Source: Octopus sinensis (lineage: Eukaryota). From it: a DNA stretch of 64,000 nucleotides. Below are positions 37,945 to 51,270 of this stretch, piece by piece; the stretch's first letter is position 1, and the number at the start of each line of letters is the position of its first letter. Made by a program: the position numbers and the translations under genes. The stretch lies in assembly GCF_006345805.1 (NCBI RefSeq), contig NC_042998.1, positions 63,178,001 through 63,242,000 of the forward strand. The letters are read 5' to 3'. Below the pieces are notes generated by a model. That model did no database searches, had not been told where the DNA came from, and saw only the letters and a list, made by a program, of their open reading frames with translations.

Positions 37945-38649
37945 TGGTCACTCACACTTTGAGTAGTACCAACCAAATATTACTTAACTTAGACACTATT
38001 GTCTTAAATAAATAAGTATGCATTTATCAATGTAGATCCGCATATGCAATGAAATGACATAATCACGAACGTAGTGAAAGCGGAGTTACACCAAAATAAT
38101 AATCTTTATAAAAGGTTAAGAATTTTAGAATGAGGAGTTTTATGATGAGCTCACTTCCAGTGCTTGACCGGAACTTTAATCTATTGACCTGGAAATATGA
38201 AAGGCAAAGCTGATCACAACGAAATTTAAACTCAGCATGTAAAGATTCGGAAGAAACACGTATGACAGCTTATGTGACGCTTTAACGAATTTGCATTTTT
38301 AGTTGTGCTAATAAATTACATATATTAACAAAACTGCACAAACAACTGATTAAACACATACACACACACGCACACACAGTTATATATATATATATAAAAG
38401 AAATATGTTTCAAAAGGAAAATAGGAGCTACACGTGGAAAAGATATAGGGAAAGTCAGAAAAAAAGCGAAAATGCACATTGAATATCAAAAAAATAAAGG
38501 CTTTTTAATGAAAAGTAGCGATAAATAAATACAATTAGATTAACTGAGGTAGAATTAACAGGAATTAAATTCATTATTTTGAATTGTTGAAGATATTCAA
38601 AATCAAGCCGTTAGCGTCATTGCTGTTCACTGGCTTTGAATGCGTACCG

Positions 38650-39600
38650 ATTATCAAACGGTGTCGAATCTACTAGTCCCTGAGTAAAAAAATTGTGTAA
38701 GGGAGGTAAGTTGTTCTGGACGTGGTGCAATTAGAGTCGATATACTACTGTAATAGGAATGGTACAAGGAATGTATAAGTATTAGTGGCATTATTGGTAA
38801 GTTTAGTAGTGCTCTGTATTATGTTGTCTTCATGTTAAGTTGTGGATGATAGGTATTGATGAAAGTTGCTTCTTTATTCATTCTTTATGGTACTGAGGTG
38901 TTCTGTGAACATTAACAGAATGGGAAAATTAAGAAATTTGGATTAAGGTTCCTAGCACACCTATCTATGTGTTCACTGACTTGTATCTATCTGTATTGTG
39001 TGTGGCAGATGTTGTCTTTGTGAAGAGTGGCTCTTTGACAGAGTGATATTCCTGTTTAGCCAATGTATTGATTACCGCACCCTAAGCAGGTAATGGCATA
39101 GATTAAGTTTTCTGAGGTTCATGTGAAATTTCATTTAATCTTAAATATTTCTCCTCGTTTAAAGTAGTACTCTGTACCCTCCAAAAAGTGGGGGCATGTG
39201 CCACAGTTATGCCGATCGTATTTTTTCACCTTTGGTTCCGTTGTTAATGGATAAAGTCTTGTGCTGGTTAATATTTTTGTCAATGATTTCCGTTGCAATT
39301 TGCTCTTGAAAATTTTGTGTGAGCCTAAAATTTTGTTCATTGTTTTATCTCTTGTGAGAATGGGTAGATTTTGGGGGATAATATTGAAGGCTTCGTTGTT
39401 TCTAGGGTTTTGTGTGGAGATATATGGGAGTATTTTAAAGTCTGGTGTGGTATTTCTGTTGAATTTCCTTAATGTTCGTATGTCTATTTCATTTACTCGT
39501 TTAATCCCATCATTTATTAATGATGTTGGGTAATGTCTCTCTGGCTGAGCTCTATGTCATTATCAGAGTTTATTTAAGGCAATGAGCTGGCAATATTGTT
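38650..39600 (-). mobile_element. Penelope-like element remnant (RT C-terminus plus GIY-YIG endonuclease)
   Basis: PYISTQNPRNNEAFNII; KKYDRHNCGTCPHFLEG..NLIYAITCLGCGNQYIGQTG...HIDRC. Confidence 0.85.
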
Positions 39601-39619
39601 AGCAAGTAGGGTATAATGT

Positions 39620-39790
39620 TTAGCAGTATTTCGTCTGTCCTTACGTTCGGAGTTCAAATTCTGCCGAGGTGAACTTTGCCTTTCACCCTTTCGGGATCGA
39701 TGACATAGATAACAGTAGAACACTGGAGTTGAGGTAATCGACTAGCCTCTCCCCTAAATTTCGGGCCTAGTGTCTGTATTAGAAAGGTTA
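39620..39790 (+). mobile_element. SINE, dominant family, short-tail subtype
   Basis: cagtatttcgtctgtccttacgttcggagttcaaattctgccgagg...cccctaaatttcgggcctagtgtctgtattagaaagg. Confidence 0.8.
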
Positions 39791-41179
39791 ATGATATTCA
39801 TCTTAAAATACTATCTATGAGGTTAAACGTTGACAGAAATAGAGAATGACTACAAATATCTTTCGGGAAATGTTTAAAATTGTTATACCAAATCTGTAAA
39901 CAATTGGTTTACATCTAAAATATATAACGTTTTAGTAAAAATGAGAAAATAGTAAAAGAAAGAATATTTTTTCCATACTTTTCCTCAAGATAATTTATAG
40001 AATACTTAATTTTACTGGCTACAGTACAGACGTCACAAATTCAATTGGTTAGGAGTGAGATTTTTCTGTTATTTAGCCACAGGTCATTCTTGATCTCAAA
40101 TAGCAGGCTGTTTCCAATGTGTATGAATGCTGTAAGGCAGATTTGATTGCTATTTACTAGTTTGTAAAGTTCTGTAGTTAGTTTCGGTTTACCTCTCGTT
40201 CTATATGGTACATGCATTCTTTTGGGAAATGTTTAAAAATGAACTACACAAAATTTAATCTTAGTCTACCTAGTTATTTTTGGTGATTCTTAGCTCTTTC
40301 TCCTCTCTTCCTGTCTCTATCTCTCTCTCTTTCTCTCTTTCACTACATTAGAAGTCAATTTTGACATTAGTGAAAGTTTCTTAAGATGAGGTAAAACTGT
40401 ATTGCTTACACTTTTTATTTATATTTTTTCCTCAATTCTACTTATTAATTCTGTAAACTTTGATATTCACCTGGGAAAACAGCACACGATATTGGCAGAA
40501 ATCAGACGTAAAAATAATAATACCCGGATGAAATTTATTAGGATAGCTCATTACGATTTTTGTTTTGTTTTGTTATATCACACTTGAGGATATTTTCAGT
40601 CTAGACAGTTTGATCGATAATAAATATTTAACCAATGTAATATTATAATCTATTGATAATATATGAATATATACGAAAGTGGATATTGACATTTTCGCTG
40701 TTTACCCGTTTAACTTACAGCAAATTGACAAACGTCATTGCCGAAGAATACAGGACTTATGTCGAGTAATAGAAATACTATTTCAATATTATAACAATGA
40801 TAAACATCTGCAGGCGTTCGCTATTTAATTTCATATGATTCATATCAACTTCCAACGTCATAAATATTATTGTGATAAATATCATTTTAATTACTTCTAA
40901 TAATAATTATTGTTACCTTCTGTCATATCTGCATTATATTAGAGATAACACTTTACAAAGACACACACAAATTTATATTCAATGTTGACACATATTGTGT
41001 CGTGCAATGAGATATTAATTAGTATTATGTGTGCTATAAGCAATAGACGTGAGTTCGGTTACTGGTGAATTTTAATCCTTTTCGCAAGTACGGGAGACAA
41101 ATCTGTGCAAGTTTCGCTTTATTAGATTTCCTCATTGAATCTCGAACATGCAACACCAAGCTTGAAGAAGTAGAGATAA

Positions 41180-41537
41180 GGTAACCTTTACACATATACT
41201 TTATATTTGTTTAAAACGAGAAGAAAATGGAGATTTGAAAGTTAAAATCTTTTTATTATTAACAGCAAATTGGTCAAATTTACTTACAGCCGTTTCTGTA
41301 AATACTCAATAAACATTAAATTTACATTTATGGAACATGAGCATAATATCATCAGAGGTAAAAGGGTGTAACTTTGGAATGCTATATGTATGCTTGTGAA
41401 TATATTTTAGCTGACTGAAGATAGAAACGGCTGTAACGGAAAATGACCAATTTACTATTAATAAACAATTATTAACTTCCCATTCTCCATTTTCTTCTTC
41501 TTTTGAATGTAAATAAAATGTGTTTTTATATATACCT
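41180..41537. repeat. Imperfect palindromic element (MITE-like) with ~130-bp arms
   Basis: gagaagaaaatggaga pairs with tctccattttcttc, and ttggtca..ttacagccgtttct pairs with agaaacggctgtaac..tgaccaa. Confidence 0.75.
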
Positions 41538-41762
41538 ATTATTTTAAGGAAATTGATTTCCCAAAATACTAGGTATTGAGCCAATATTTCCTTAGAAGAA
41601 ACCACCCTTGCATGATGTGAACACAACCTATGATTATATATAAATATATATGCGTGTGTGTTTGTGCGTGTGCGTGTGTATGTGTGTGTGCATGTGGGTA
41701 TATATATATATGCGTGTGTATGTATATATATATATATACATGTGTTCATATGCATATATGTG

Positions 41763-43085
41763 TGAAGGCGCATGACTCTAGTTAGAGCGTCGGGCTTACG
41801 ATCGTGAGGTTGTGTTTTCGATTCCCGGATCGGTCTGCGTGCGGTGTTCTTGAGCAATACACTCTATTTCACGTTGCCCCAGTTCGCTTAGTTGTAGAAA
41901 TGAGTTGCAACGTCACCGGTGCCAAGCTGTACCGGCCTTTGCTAACCTTGGATAACATCGGTGGTGTAAACTTAGATAAACTTAGATGTGTTTCGACCAA
42001 TGATTGGTCCAGGCCATGTCTAACTTAATAGCACCACCTGATAGGATTATTTGAATCCTGTTTAAGTCATGTTTTGCTTATGGTCCATTCAAGTAGTGAG
42101 TTTTTGTTGGGTGAGTTGTATCCAATTATGGGTGGCTTATCTGGTATTCTTTGAAGGAATCTATCCAGACTCCGTTTACAGTTGATGGGATCCTGTTCCT
42201 CTTTGATCTCTTTCGGGACAATGTTGAATAGGGCAGGGCCTGTTGAGGAAAAGAAATTATGTTGTAGTGTATATATATATGCTGTGATCTTGAATTGGGC
42301 AGGGGACGTATGGCCCGTGGTCCCAGTCTTGGATGAACCTTGAAGCTTATGTTCAGGTCGTTTGGGCAAATTTGGCGGTATATTCTCCACATTGTACAAA
42401 TGATGTACCGCTCACGGCGACGCTGGAGAGAGTAGAGTTTCAAGGCTTTAAGGCGATCCCAATAATCGAGATCAGCCATACCTTCAATTCGTTTAGTGAG
42501 TGCTCTCTGGGGTGATTCAATCCTCGAGATCTTTTGTCTTGTATGGGGAGACCACAGTGGGCATCAGTATTCGAGGTGTGGCCGTACAAAGGAGGAGAAG
42601 AATGGTATGATGACACCTTGTTCTCTGGACCGGAAAGATCCAGGAACTCATCCTACGAGCTATATCGACCTTCTTGTTGATGTGTGCACTCCAACTGAGA
42701 TCGTCATCAACAATTACACCTAGGTCTCTGATGTTAGATGCGGTGAGCGGTTCCCCTGAAGGAAGAGAGTATGGCTGTTTTAGTGAGGAATTTCTTCCAA
42801 AATGCATCAGCTCAAATTTTCCCTCGTTCAGTTGCATTTTGTTTCTATCTGCCCATTGACTTACAGCATATAGATCAGACTGGAGTTGAGTTCGGTCTGC
42901 TTCTTCATTGACGATTTGCTGGAGCTTGGTGTCATCAGCAAATATTTTCACTTTGCACTAATTTACGACACTGGAAAGGTCGTTTATGTAGATTATGAAG
43001 AGTAGCGGATTGAGGCTTGTATGCATGTGCGGCTGCTGGTCTTCCATAAACAACTTTGCCTGGACTCGTGCCTCAGAGAGTAAGT
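41763..43085 (+). mobile_element. OR-like CORE-SINE split into 41763-41965 and 43012-43085 by a LINE insertion
   Basis: The two halves are collinear with the uninterrupted copy at 22362-22700. Confidence 0.75.
41966..43011 (-). mobile_element. 5'-truncated CR1/L2-group LINE (RT C-terminus and 3' end)
   Basis: PLLFIIYINDL; KIFADDTKL; RDLGVIVDDDLSWSAHI; RPHLEY; YWDRLKALKLYSLQRRRERY. The tail repeats tctaagttta. Confidence 0.9.
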
Positions 43086-43290
43086 TTATATATATATATA
43101 TGTATAGGGAGAATTCACAAAAAAACGACGAAGACAGGTGATGTAGGACACTTGCACATGTATTAATATAACGCTCAGGAAGTGAAAAAGTCTTTAAATT
43201 TTCGAATCTACGCTCTTCCACAGAATGGAACACAGAAATATACAAGGAGAGAAAATAAGGAAGGTGTAGTGGCCTAGTAATATATCACAG
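43085..43290 (-). mobile_element. Short Penelope-derived element with hammerhead-like motif (~43190-43225)
   Basis: Reverse complement reads ttCTGTGGA-a-gagcgtagattc-GAAA. Confidence 0.55.
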
Positions 43291-43295
43291 CTGAT

Positions 43296-43355
<60 letters not shown>

Positions 43356-43499
43356 GAAGAAGAAGAAGAAGAAGAAGAATATTAGTGAGTATATCCAAAC
43401 TTACAGGGAAAAATATAAATTAAATTAGAGATGAAACCACTATTAGGCAACTCAAACAGTGAAAGACATAAGTGAAAACTAAAAAAACAAAAAGTAAAT

Positions 43500-44372
43500 A
43501 TTATTAATATAATATACAATATATATAATATATGAAATTCAAAATTTAAATTATTACAATTTAAATTTTTTAAATTTATATTTATAATTTTTTATTTTTT
43601 TAAACTTTTAAATTTTTAAACTTAAAATTTATTTTAATAACTACCCAAAAAGTATAAAAAAGTTAAATATAATATAATGAGTAAAAACACTACGTACGTT
43701 TCATGGCTATAATACAATTCGAATTACAATTAAGTTTAAATTCAATATCAAATTAGAAACTTAAAACATTAGAATTATGTCATACAACCCTTTTATTATG
43801 TTAAATATTAATTTGTAAGGAAAAAATAGATAGAAAAATATGTTTATCTATTAAGATATAATATGGCTTTAAAAACACAATAAACTCACGAATATCCTTA
43901 ACTCAGTTATAGTCAATATCTAATTACCAAATTATTTAACAAAATAATGACTATTCATATTTTTAAATTTAAGTTCACATCTAATAATTATAAAATATTT
44001 AAGAATAATAACTAAATTATTATCAATAAATATAATAATTAAGATCTAAAATTTACTCTATCAATAAATATATAGACATATAATGAAAAATATATTAATT
44101 ATTTAGTCCATTAATACTTACGTAAATATTAAATATTAATATATTTATGAAATATATTAAAAATTTAAAGATGAAAAAGCAAATTATAAATGTATAACCT
44201 TAAAAGAACTGTATAACTGTTTAACGATGTATATATCTCACTGGCTAAGTAATAACTTACAAATAACGTACAGTTATAATCTAATAATGAAATACATATC
44301 TTCAACAACTAAATAATTATAGAATCAAATTAACAATCAATATAACATAACTTATTAAAATAACTTTAATAG
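43500..44372. other. Extremely AT-rich island of unknown origin
   Basis: G and C are scarce over ~870 bp, yet the sequence is not a simple repeat. Confidence 0.6.
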
Positions 44373-44379
44373 AAAATGT

Positions 44380-44578
44380 TTATTCTGCTGACTCTTTCGC
44401 CACAACTTTCTCTCACTATTTCCTCCTGTATCTTACAGCTCACCTGCGACGGACCGGCGTCCCGTCCAGGTACGGAACCTATACGCCAAGAAAACGGGGA
44501 AACCGGCCCTATGAGCCAGGCGTGGTTTGCGAAGGAACAAACAAACAAACAAACAAACAAACAAACAAACAAACAAAC

Positions 44579-44640
<62 letters not shown>
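44380..44640 (+). mobile_element. SINE 3' portion with V/Meta-domain-like segment and (CAAA)n/(AAC)n tail
   Basis: ctgcgacggaccggcgtcccgtccagg...gaaaacgggaaaccggccct; the 5' part matches 34420-34460. Domain naming is from recall. Confidence 0.55.
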
Positions 44641-45399
44641 GATATTTAACTGCGGAAAATGTCCTATAATCTTATCGTTTTGACTTCAAAATCCAGCTGA
44701 GTTTATTCCTGTTTTTCGTGTGTTTTACTAGTTGGGAGGTAGTCAATAAAATAACGAACTAGTTAATTACTGTGGATGATGATATCGTTAGAGCCCGGTA
44801 GAATTGTTAGAACGATGGACAATATTGTCAGTGATATTTCTTCCTCCTCTCTATGTTGGAAGTTCAAATCCTGCCGAGATCAACGTTATCTTTCACTATT
44901 TCGGGATCGATAAATTAAGTCCCATTCGTGCTCTGTCGTCGATGTAGATCACTTAGTGCCTGCCCTCGACATTACTGGCCTTGTGCCAAAATTTTAAACC
45001 ATTATAATTTTGGGGAAGGCAAAGGTTAAAAATGTGAATCCCATATCCAGGTGTAACTGAAATATATTTTTTACAACTAGATTATTGGTGCAACCTTTGG
45101 GAATGTCTGATTACCTGTTTTTTTTTAAGTATCACCTAGTTATACCGCGCGACTCTAAGATATTCTGTTATTGGGAGCATTATCTTGAGAGTAATTTCAT
45201 TAAATAAAGGAAATTAACTGTTCTGTTAATGTTAAGAACATAGAAAAATAAAAGTCATATTCTAACAGAAAAATACAGCATAAGCGACTTAGCATTTACC
45301 GAAAAATACTCTCGGTGAAGCCCTATTAGCTAAATGTGGAATGATTTTTTTCTTTTTTCTTTTTGAAAGAACTAAAATTGGTAGCATTTATGGTCCAAA

Positions 45400-46950
45400 A
45401 CAAGCAACAGCCTGCCGCAATCAATGACTGAAAAACTCTACAGGAGAAAGATATCCTCTATGTACTTTACCATCGTCTCGAAGCCTTTCCTTGATCAATG
45501 CATCAATATTTTCCTTGCGTCTTCTTCCCTGTGTCCAGTCATGCAACTTCCTATTGTGTGTAATTAAAATATTATAGGAAGCTTATTACTACATTGTATA
45601 GATTGATACCTATTACTTATTCCTTTTAATCTTTGTTTCAAGTATTAATCTATCTAATGTCTCTATAATATTCCTTCTTAACTTTTGCCTTTCATCTACG
45701 TCGGCTCTATACTGTTTACGTCGTTGATTCCCAAATATTTGTATGTCTATGTTTGATGTAACATTACATCACAACTTCATTATCTATCATAATACCAATG
45801 TTCGTAATTAAATTTCCTCTCTCCAAGGTCGCATTCGCACATTTTTCTAAGCCAAACTATTATTGATCTCATTATTAAATACGTACTACATGCCCTGGCT
45901 TCTTGTAGCTCCTTGTTTGTATCATACAACTTGAAAACATCCGTATACAAAAATGCTCCACTGTTTTACAATAGCACCTATAACCAAGTCTAATTCTATT
46001 ACGCATGTCGACTAAACGCAACAAGACAAGAGAGAAAAGGAGTGGATCAAGATGTATCTTAGAATATAAAACTGTCAGAGGGGACAGAGATGGATTTAGT
46101 TTTCATTTTCCCTATGTCTTTTTTATGTACATAGTCGTTTGCCGTTTACTCATAATAGTGTTTATATCCAAGGCGGTGAGTTGGCAGAATCGTTAGCACG
46201 TCGGGCGAAATTCTTAGCGGTATTTCGTCTGTCGTTACGTTCCAAGTTCAAATTCCGTCGAGGTCGACTTTCAAATTTTCGGGGTCGATACATTAAGTAC
46301 CAGTGAAATTCTGGGAACGATGTAAATGACTAGTCCCCTCCCACAAAACATCAGGCCTTGTGCCTATATTAAAAAGCATTATTCTTGCGTTCTCATTTAT
46401 CCGCCGAGTTCGACTTCTCCTGTTATCCTTTCTGGGTCTCCTTAAGCGACTGGCCCCCTCCCACAAAATTTGGGGCCTTGTGCCTGGAGTAGAAAAGAAT
46501 ATTTTTTTATGTTCACCTACTGGGTAATACTCTCCAAGGTCTTTGGTAGTCAATACTTGCCATGCATAAACCCTTAATTTATTTTCCTTCTACTATCGTT
46601 AGTTATATTTTTGTTGATTAGTAATTAATTCTCACTACTGTACCAGTCTTTCCAGCATTCCTGCTTCTCTTCTGAAAACAGGCTGTTTGCCTTGTGAGAT
46701 ATGTCCAAACTCTGCGATATATTCCTCTAAATGCTTTACGTGTTGTACGACGTCATCTTATGAAAGGTAGCTTTTGGAGGTTTGTGTGTGTGTGTAGATT
46801 TGGAGATTAAAATAGTTTGCCCGTCAATAAGCCAGTCAGGTTTTGCCTCTTTGTTCATCAGCATCGGCTTACAAAGCAAGTAGTTTTGCATCATACAGTC
46901 ACTACCAGATTGTTCCTAGTAAAACTTTTATAAATATGTACCATTCTATA
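45400..46950 (-). mobile_element. Old R4-like RT remnant interrupted by SINEs at ~46170-46510
   Basis: PDWLIDGQTILISKS; YKYLGIN; DWTQ..IDAL. Very degraded. Confidence 0.55.
46168..46385 (+). mobile_element. SINE, dominant family, full length, short-tail subtype
   Basis: aggcggtgagttggcagaatcgttagcacgtcgggcg...ggccttgtgcctatattaaaaagcattatt. Confidence 0.9.
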
Positions 46951-46975
46951 AAGTATTGATTAATCCTTCAGTTTC

Positions 46976-47018
<43 letters not shown>

Positions 47019-48249
47019 GATAAGTAGATATAGAATGATAGATAGATATATGTTTACATTAAAAAAACAAATAAAGCACACTCACGTTTGTGCGCGCGCG
47101 ACAACACACACGCATATGTATGTGTGTGTTCATGTTTGTCCTCTCACCACCTCCTCGTGATCCGTGGCGGTTACTTCACATCTTTATAACGTAGTGGTTT
47201 GGCATAAAGCGGAAAATAGAAAACTTGGGTCGATTTGTTCGTATAAACTCTTGAAGTTTATACGCCTCAGCATGGTCAAATCTAAATTTTAACCCAATGT
47301 AAAATTGCTTTATTGCATGTATATACATTTAGATACTTGGAGAGAGGATGCGTTTCTATATAAATACTATACTGTAGAGGTATACTTCAATGTTTCGTAA
47401 CTGAAACACATATTAATTATATCCTAGAAGTGGCTTGATAATTATCAAAATAGCAGATACCGTTATATTTACTCTTTACTTTGTTGTAAAGTATAGTAGT
47501 CCATATATTGTAAAACGAGTCGTCGGTCACTTACAGTGTTTTTATTAATACAAATCTGATGCTTACACATAGTGTGTCTCCAAAGTATCTTCCGTCATAG
47601 TAGACTTCACGATACATACTTGTACCAGACGTATATTTAGTACGCGGTAGTACTTTTCCGTTTACACCATAGATGACAGGAATGGAACTTAGTAAAAATC
47701 CTATCTTGTAGTATATCTCTTAATGTGACATTAGTTCATAATATAAATAAAACAGATAAAACAAGAACATACTTGTTGATTTTCAGGAGTGTAGGGACAC
47801 AAATTTATAGGATCTCGTTTATTTCAAGATAATTCACGCTCTTAGATGAATATTGTTTATTCTTTCAAACTTTTCAATTTGGAGCTCAAATCCGACATCT
47901 GTGTGATTCGAACTCAGAAGAATAAGTGTCAGGATATGACAAAATTGAAATATTGAGTGAACAGCTGAAATACTGTAGTTATTCTTGCACACGTTAGCCA
48001 TAATGATAATTTAGTTTATAATAAACAAAGCTGTCTTACCAAGTAATACATTTGAATATATTAGTCAGCAAATGACTTTTATTTCGGCAGCCTGGGGTGT
48101 TTTGTTGTCAGGTGTCAGAAATGACAGAATTTAAATACAGAAACAGATGGTGAATAAACGAAATACGTAAATAGTGATTTTAGTATTGACGCGACTAAAT
48201 AATGATAAATTTAATTAAACAAACCTATCTCCTTCTTGAAAGTGCTACT

Positions 48250-48620
48250 TAGCAGAATATTTTGTGGCATTTCGTTAGCCCTTACGTTATGAGTTCAAAT
48301 TCCATCGATGTCGACTTTGCATTTAATCTCTTTCAGTCAATAAAAGAACTAGGATTGATGTAATCACCAAGTCCTCCTTCCCATATTTCGGGCCTTGATC
48401 CCATTGTATAAAGGTTATTTTTTTAAACCGATAACCTCGCAGAACCGTTCGTACGTCGGAAAAAGTTATTAGCGGCATTTGTTTCAGTTTTTTTACATTC
48501 TGAGTTCAAATCCCGCCGAGTTCAACTATACACTTCCTCCTTTTGAGCTCAATAAAATAATGGTCAAGAATTGGGATCAATATAATTGACTTAACCCGTC
48601 TTCTCAAAATTACTGGCCTT
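48250..48620 (+). mobile_element. Two tandem dominant-family SINEs, degraded
   Basis: Two gagttcaaat heads, at ~48290 and ~48500. Confidence 0.75.
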
Positions 48621-48669
48621 GAACTCTGCAACGAATCTGCGTCTTGTTCAGAAGAGAATGTAATGAGGA

Positions 48670-49190
48670 TTTTTGAACGGCAGATCGAGAAATTAATTTT
48701 TTGTAACTAAACACTTTCAAACTTCAGACACTGTTAGAATGTGTCATATAAAACATCTCTTACTCTTAGCGTTGTTGAGAAAAGTTTATATTTTCAAAGT
48801 TATTTCCTGTTAAGGTAGTCGTATTTCGGTAATGTTAACCAATCAATGACGTGTATTCAGCTGAATAAAATTACTGCCGTTGTTTGCCAACAACAACTAT
48901 CGGCGGTGTATATTCGTTTGTCACTGTTATTTATGACATATTTCATCTCAGTTACGTTTGTATGAATAAACAAGTGTATCTGGAACATGTTTACTTCATG
49001 GCACCACCACAATCATTCGTGCATTTCTACTGCTTTTAGTTTTTTTCCTGTTTTTTAGCTACTGTTTTCGGAAAGACTTTTTTGGCACCCCACTCCAATT
49101 TCTTCATTTTCACTTTTTCCGTAACTCTAACCATAAAATCCCAACCCTAACCCTAACCCTAAAACCGTAACCGTAACCCAGTTTACAGTT
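48670..49190. repeat. Interspersed repeat ending in (CCCTAA)-like units
   Basis: ccaaccctaaccctaaccctaaaaccgtaaccgtaaccc at 49140-49180. Confidence 0.45.
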
Positions 49191-49525
49191 GAGTTCCATT
49201 CTTAAAAGTGGTTTGTTCCATACATCCCGAAGTTTCTAGATTCTTATGATATCAACATAATTCTTGAGGACAAGGAAACAATTTTGTGAAGCGAACAGAA
49301 TAAATTCCATAAAGGATAGCAAGTTTGCCATATTTATAGAAGAGTTAGGTTAGAATTCTATGTTTCTCAATTCTAATAATGTAAAATTCTGATCAAAATA
49401 TTTGATTTCATGTTTGATTATTTCTTATGGATGTTATATGGCGCCGGCGTGGTTGTGTAATAGGGGGCGTGCTTCTCAACCACATAGTTTTGATTTCTGT
49501 CCCACTGCCTGTCATGTAAACAATA

Positions 49526-49574
<49 letters not shown>

Positions 49575-49589
<15 letters not shown>

Positions 49590-49912
49590 GTCGTGGCACC
49601 CCGTCAGTTACGACGACGAGGGTTACAATTGATCCGATCAACGGAACAGCGTACTGTGAAATTAGCTTGGAAGCCGCTGAGCACTCCAGATTCAGCGAGA
49701 CACACTGTGTGACAAGGCTGGCCCTTTCAAATACATGTATAATAGAAACAGTGGTGAAAGAGTACAGCAGGTTTCACCACGAACCCCTGTCGGAACCTCG
49801 TAGAGCTTTAAGTGTTTTCGCTCAATAAACACTCGCAACGTCCGATCTGGGTATCGAAACCGCGATCCCACGATCGTGAGTCCGCTGTCCTAACCACTGG
49901 GCTATTGCGCCT
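49575..49912 (-). mobile_element. tRNA-headed SINE (same family as 34268-34645)
   Basis: Reverse-complement homology, including the head gcgcaatagcccagtggttaggacagcggactcacgatcg. Confidence 0.85.
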
Positions 49913-49924
49913 ATATATATATAT

Positions 49925-50118
49925 ATAACGAGCTGGCAAAAACGTTTGCACGCCGGGCGAATTGCTGCTACGTTCTGAGATCCAATTTCGCCGAGGTCGT
50001 CTTTGCCTTCCATCTATCCATTCGGGGTCGATTAAATAAGTATCAGTTACGCTCTGGCGTCGATGTGATCGACTTAATCCCTTTGTTTGTCCTATCTATG
50101 TTTGGCTCCCTCTCGGCA
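49925..50118 (+). mobile_element. SINE, dominant family, followed by (CA)n at 50119-50292
   Basis: gagctggcaaaaacg..cgccgaggtcgtctttgcc..ggggtcgattaaataagtatcagttacgc. Confidence 0.85.
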
Positions 50119-50142
50119 ATACACACACACACATACACACAC

Positions 50143-50273
<131 letters not shown>

Positions 50274-51039
50274 CACACACATACACACACACATATATAT
50301 ATATATATATTTAATAAAATATTGTGGTTTGCTTGAAGCATTTTATAGGATATGTGATGCTGAAAGAGTTAGAAGACCAAACAAAGCAAAATGGTCCGTT
50401 ATTGTTGCTACTCTTGGTCTTTTTGTGCTCAGTATTTCGAGTCCTAAAACCCCATCATCAGGGTTTAAACCACCACTGCGAGTGTTACGTTCGAAAACAC
50501 CTCGCTATGGGTGAAAATCAGCGAATAAGAAACAGTAGTGTATTATATATTTTAAGAATTATTTTTATAATTTGTATATATTTATTAGATTATAAATGCA
50601 AAACAACACCACGGAAGAATCAAAGTTAGCTCAAATAATAAAACGCGATAGGTGTACCGCAATATGGTGAGGGGTTACTGTTTTTGCGCATCATTGTGTC
50701 ACTGAAGTTTGGTGTAGAGTCTTTGGATATCTCTGTGTTTCAATGATAAAATATTCCGGGTGAATCAAATTAGTGATTATTCACTGCAGTATTTTCTGCA
50801 TTTAGAAAAGTTACAAGAATATACGCAAGAAGTTTTATTCACGGACAAAGTACTGCAACTGAATAGAAATATCCATTTTTACATGGAGCTCATATTGCAA
50901 TAAATGACAATAAGTTCACATATGAGGATATTAGCTATTAGATCCTGCATTACTCGTGCTTTCCGACCATGTATTGGATAAGTATTTCCTTAGAGACTAT
51001 TCTATCGATTTTGTTGAAACTTTACAACTGCTAAAAATG

Positions 51040-51270
51040 CAAAAGCTGCAGAAAAAATAAAATCTTTATGGGAATTTCCATTCAAACGCCCGATTAAGCT
51101 CACAACATTTAATGCCAACTAAGCATTATCGAATTTTCAAAAAACTTCCGACCTTATGTGACGTTCAGCGCCTATGATCTACCTTTGTATCAAAAATCAC
51201 TAAAATCGGTTGGACGGTGTGGGATGATTTAGAGTAGCTCCAAACACACACACATACACCATTACACATC
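51040..51270 (+). mobile_element. Possible Helentron-associated (HINE/DINE-1-like) element 3' part
   Basis: gtatcaaaaatcactaaaatcggttggacggtg...caaacacacacacatac resembles the aaatttcatcaaaatcgg..acagacac core of such elements (recall). Confidence 0.35.

Noticed and set aside
40721-40765. Possible 45-nt exon (ttaacttacag|...cga|gtaata)
   Set aside because: The acceptor is good but the donor is weak, the peptide is unrecognisable, and nothing else supports it.
47567-47600. YFGDTLC resembling the GPCR ECL1 WxFGxxxC motif
   Set aside because: The preceding residues are not a hydrophobic TM2 helix, so no GPCR call was made.
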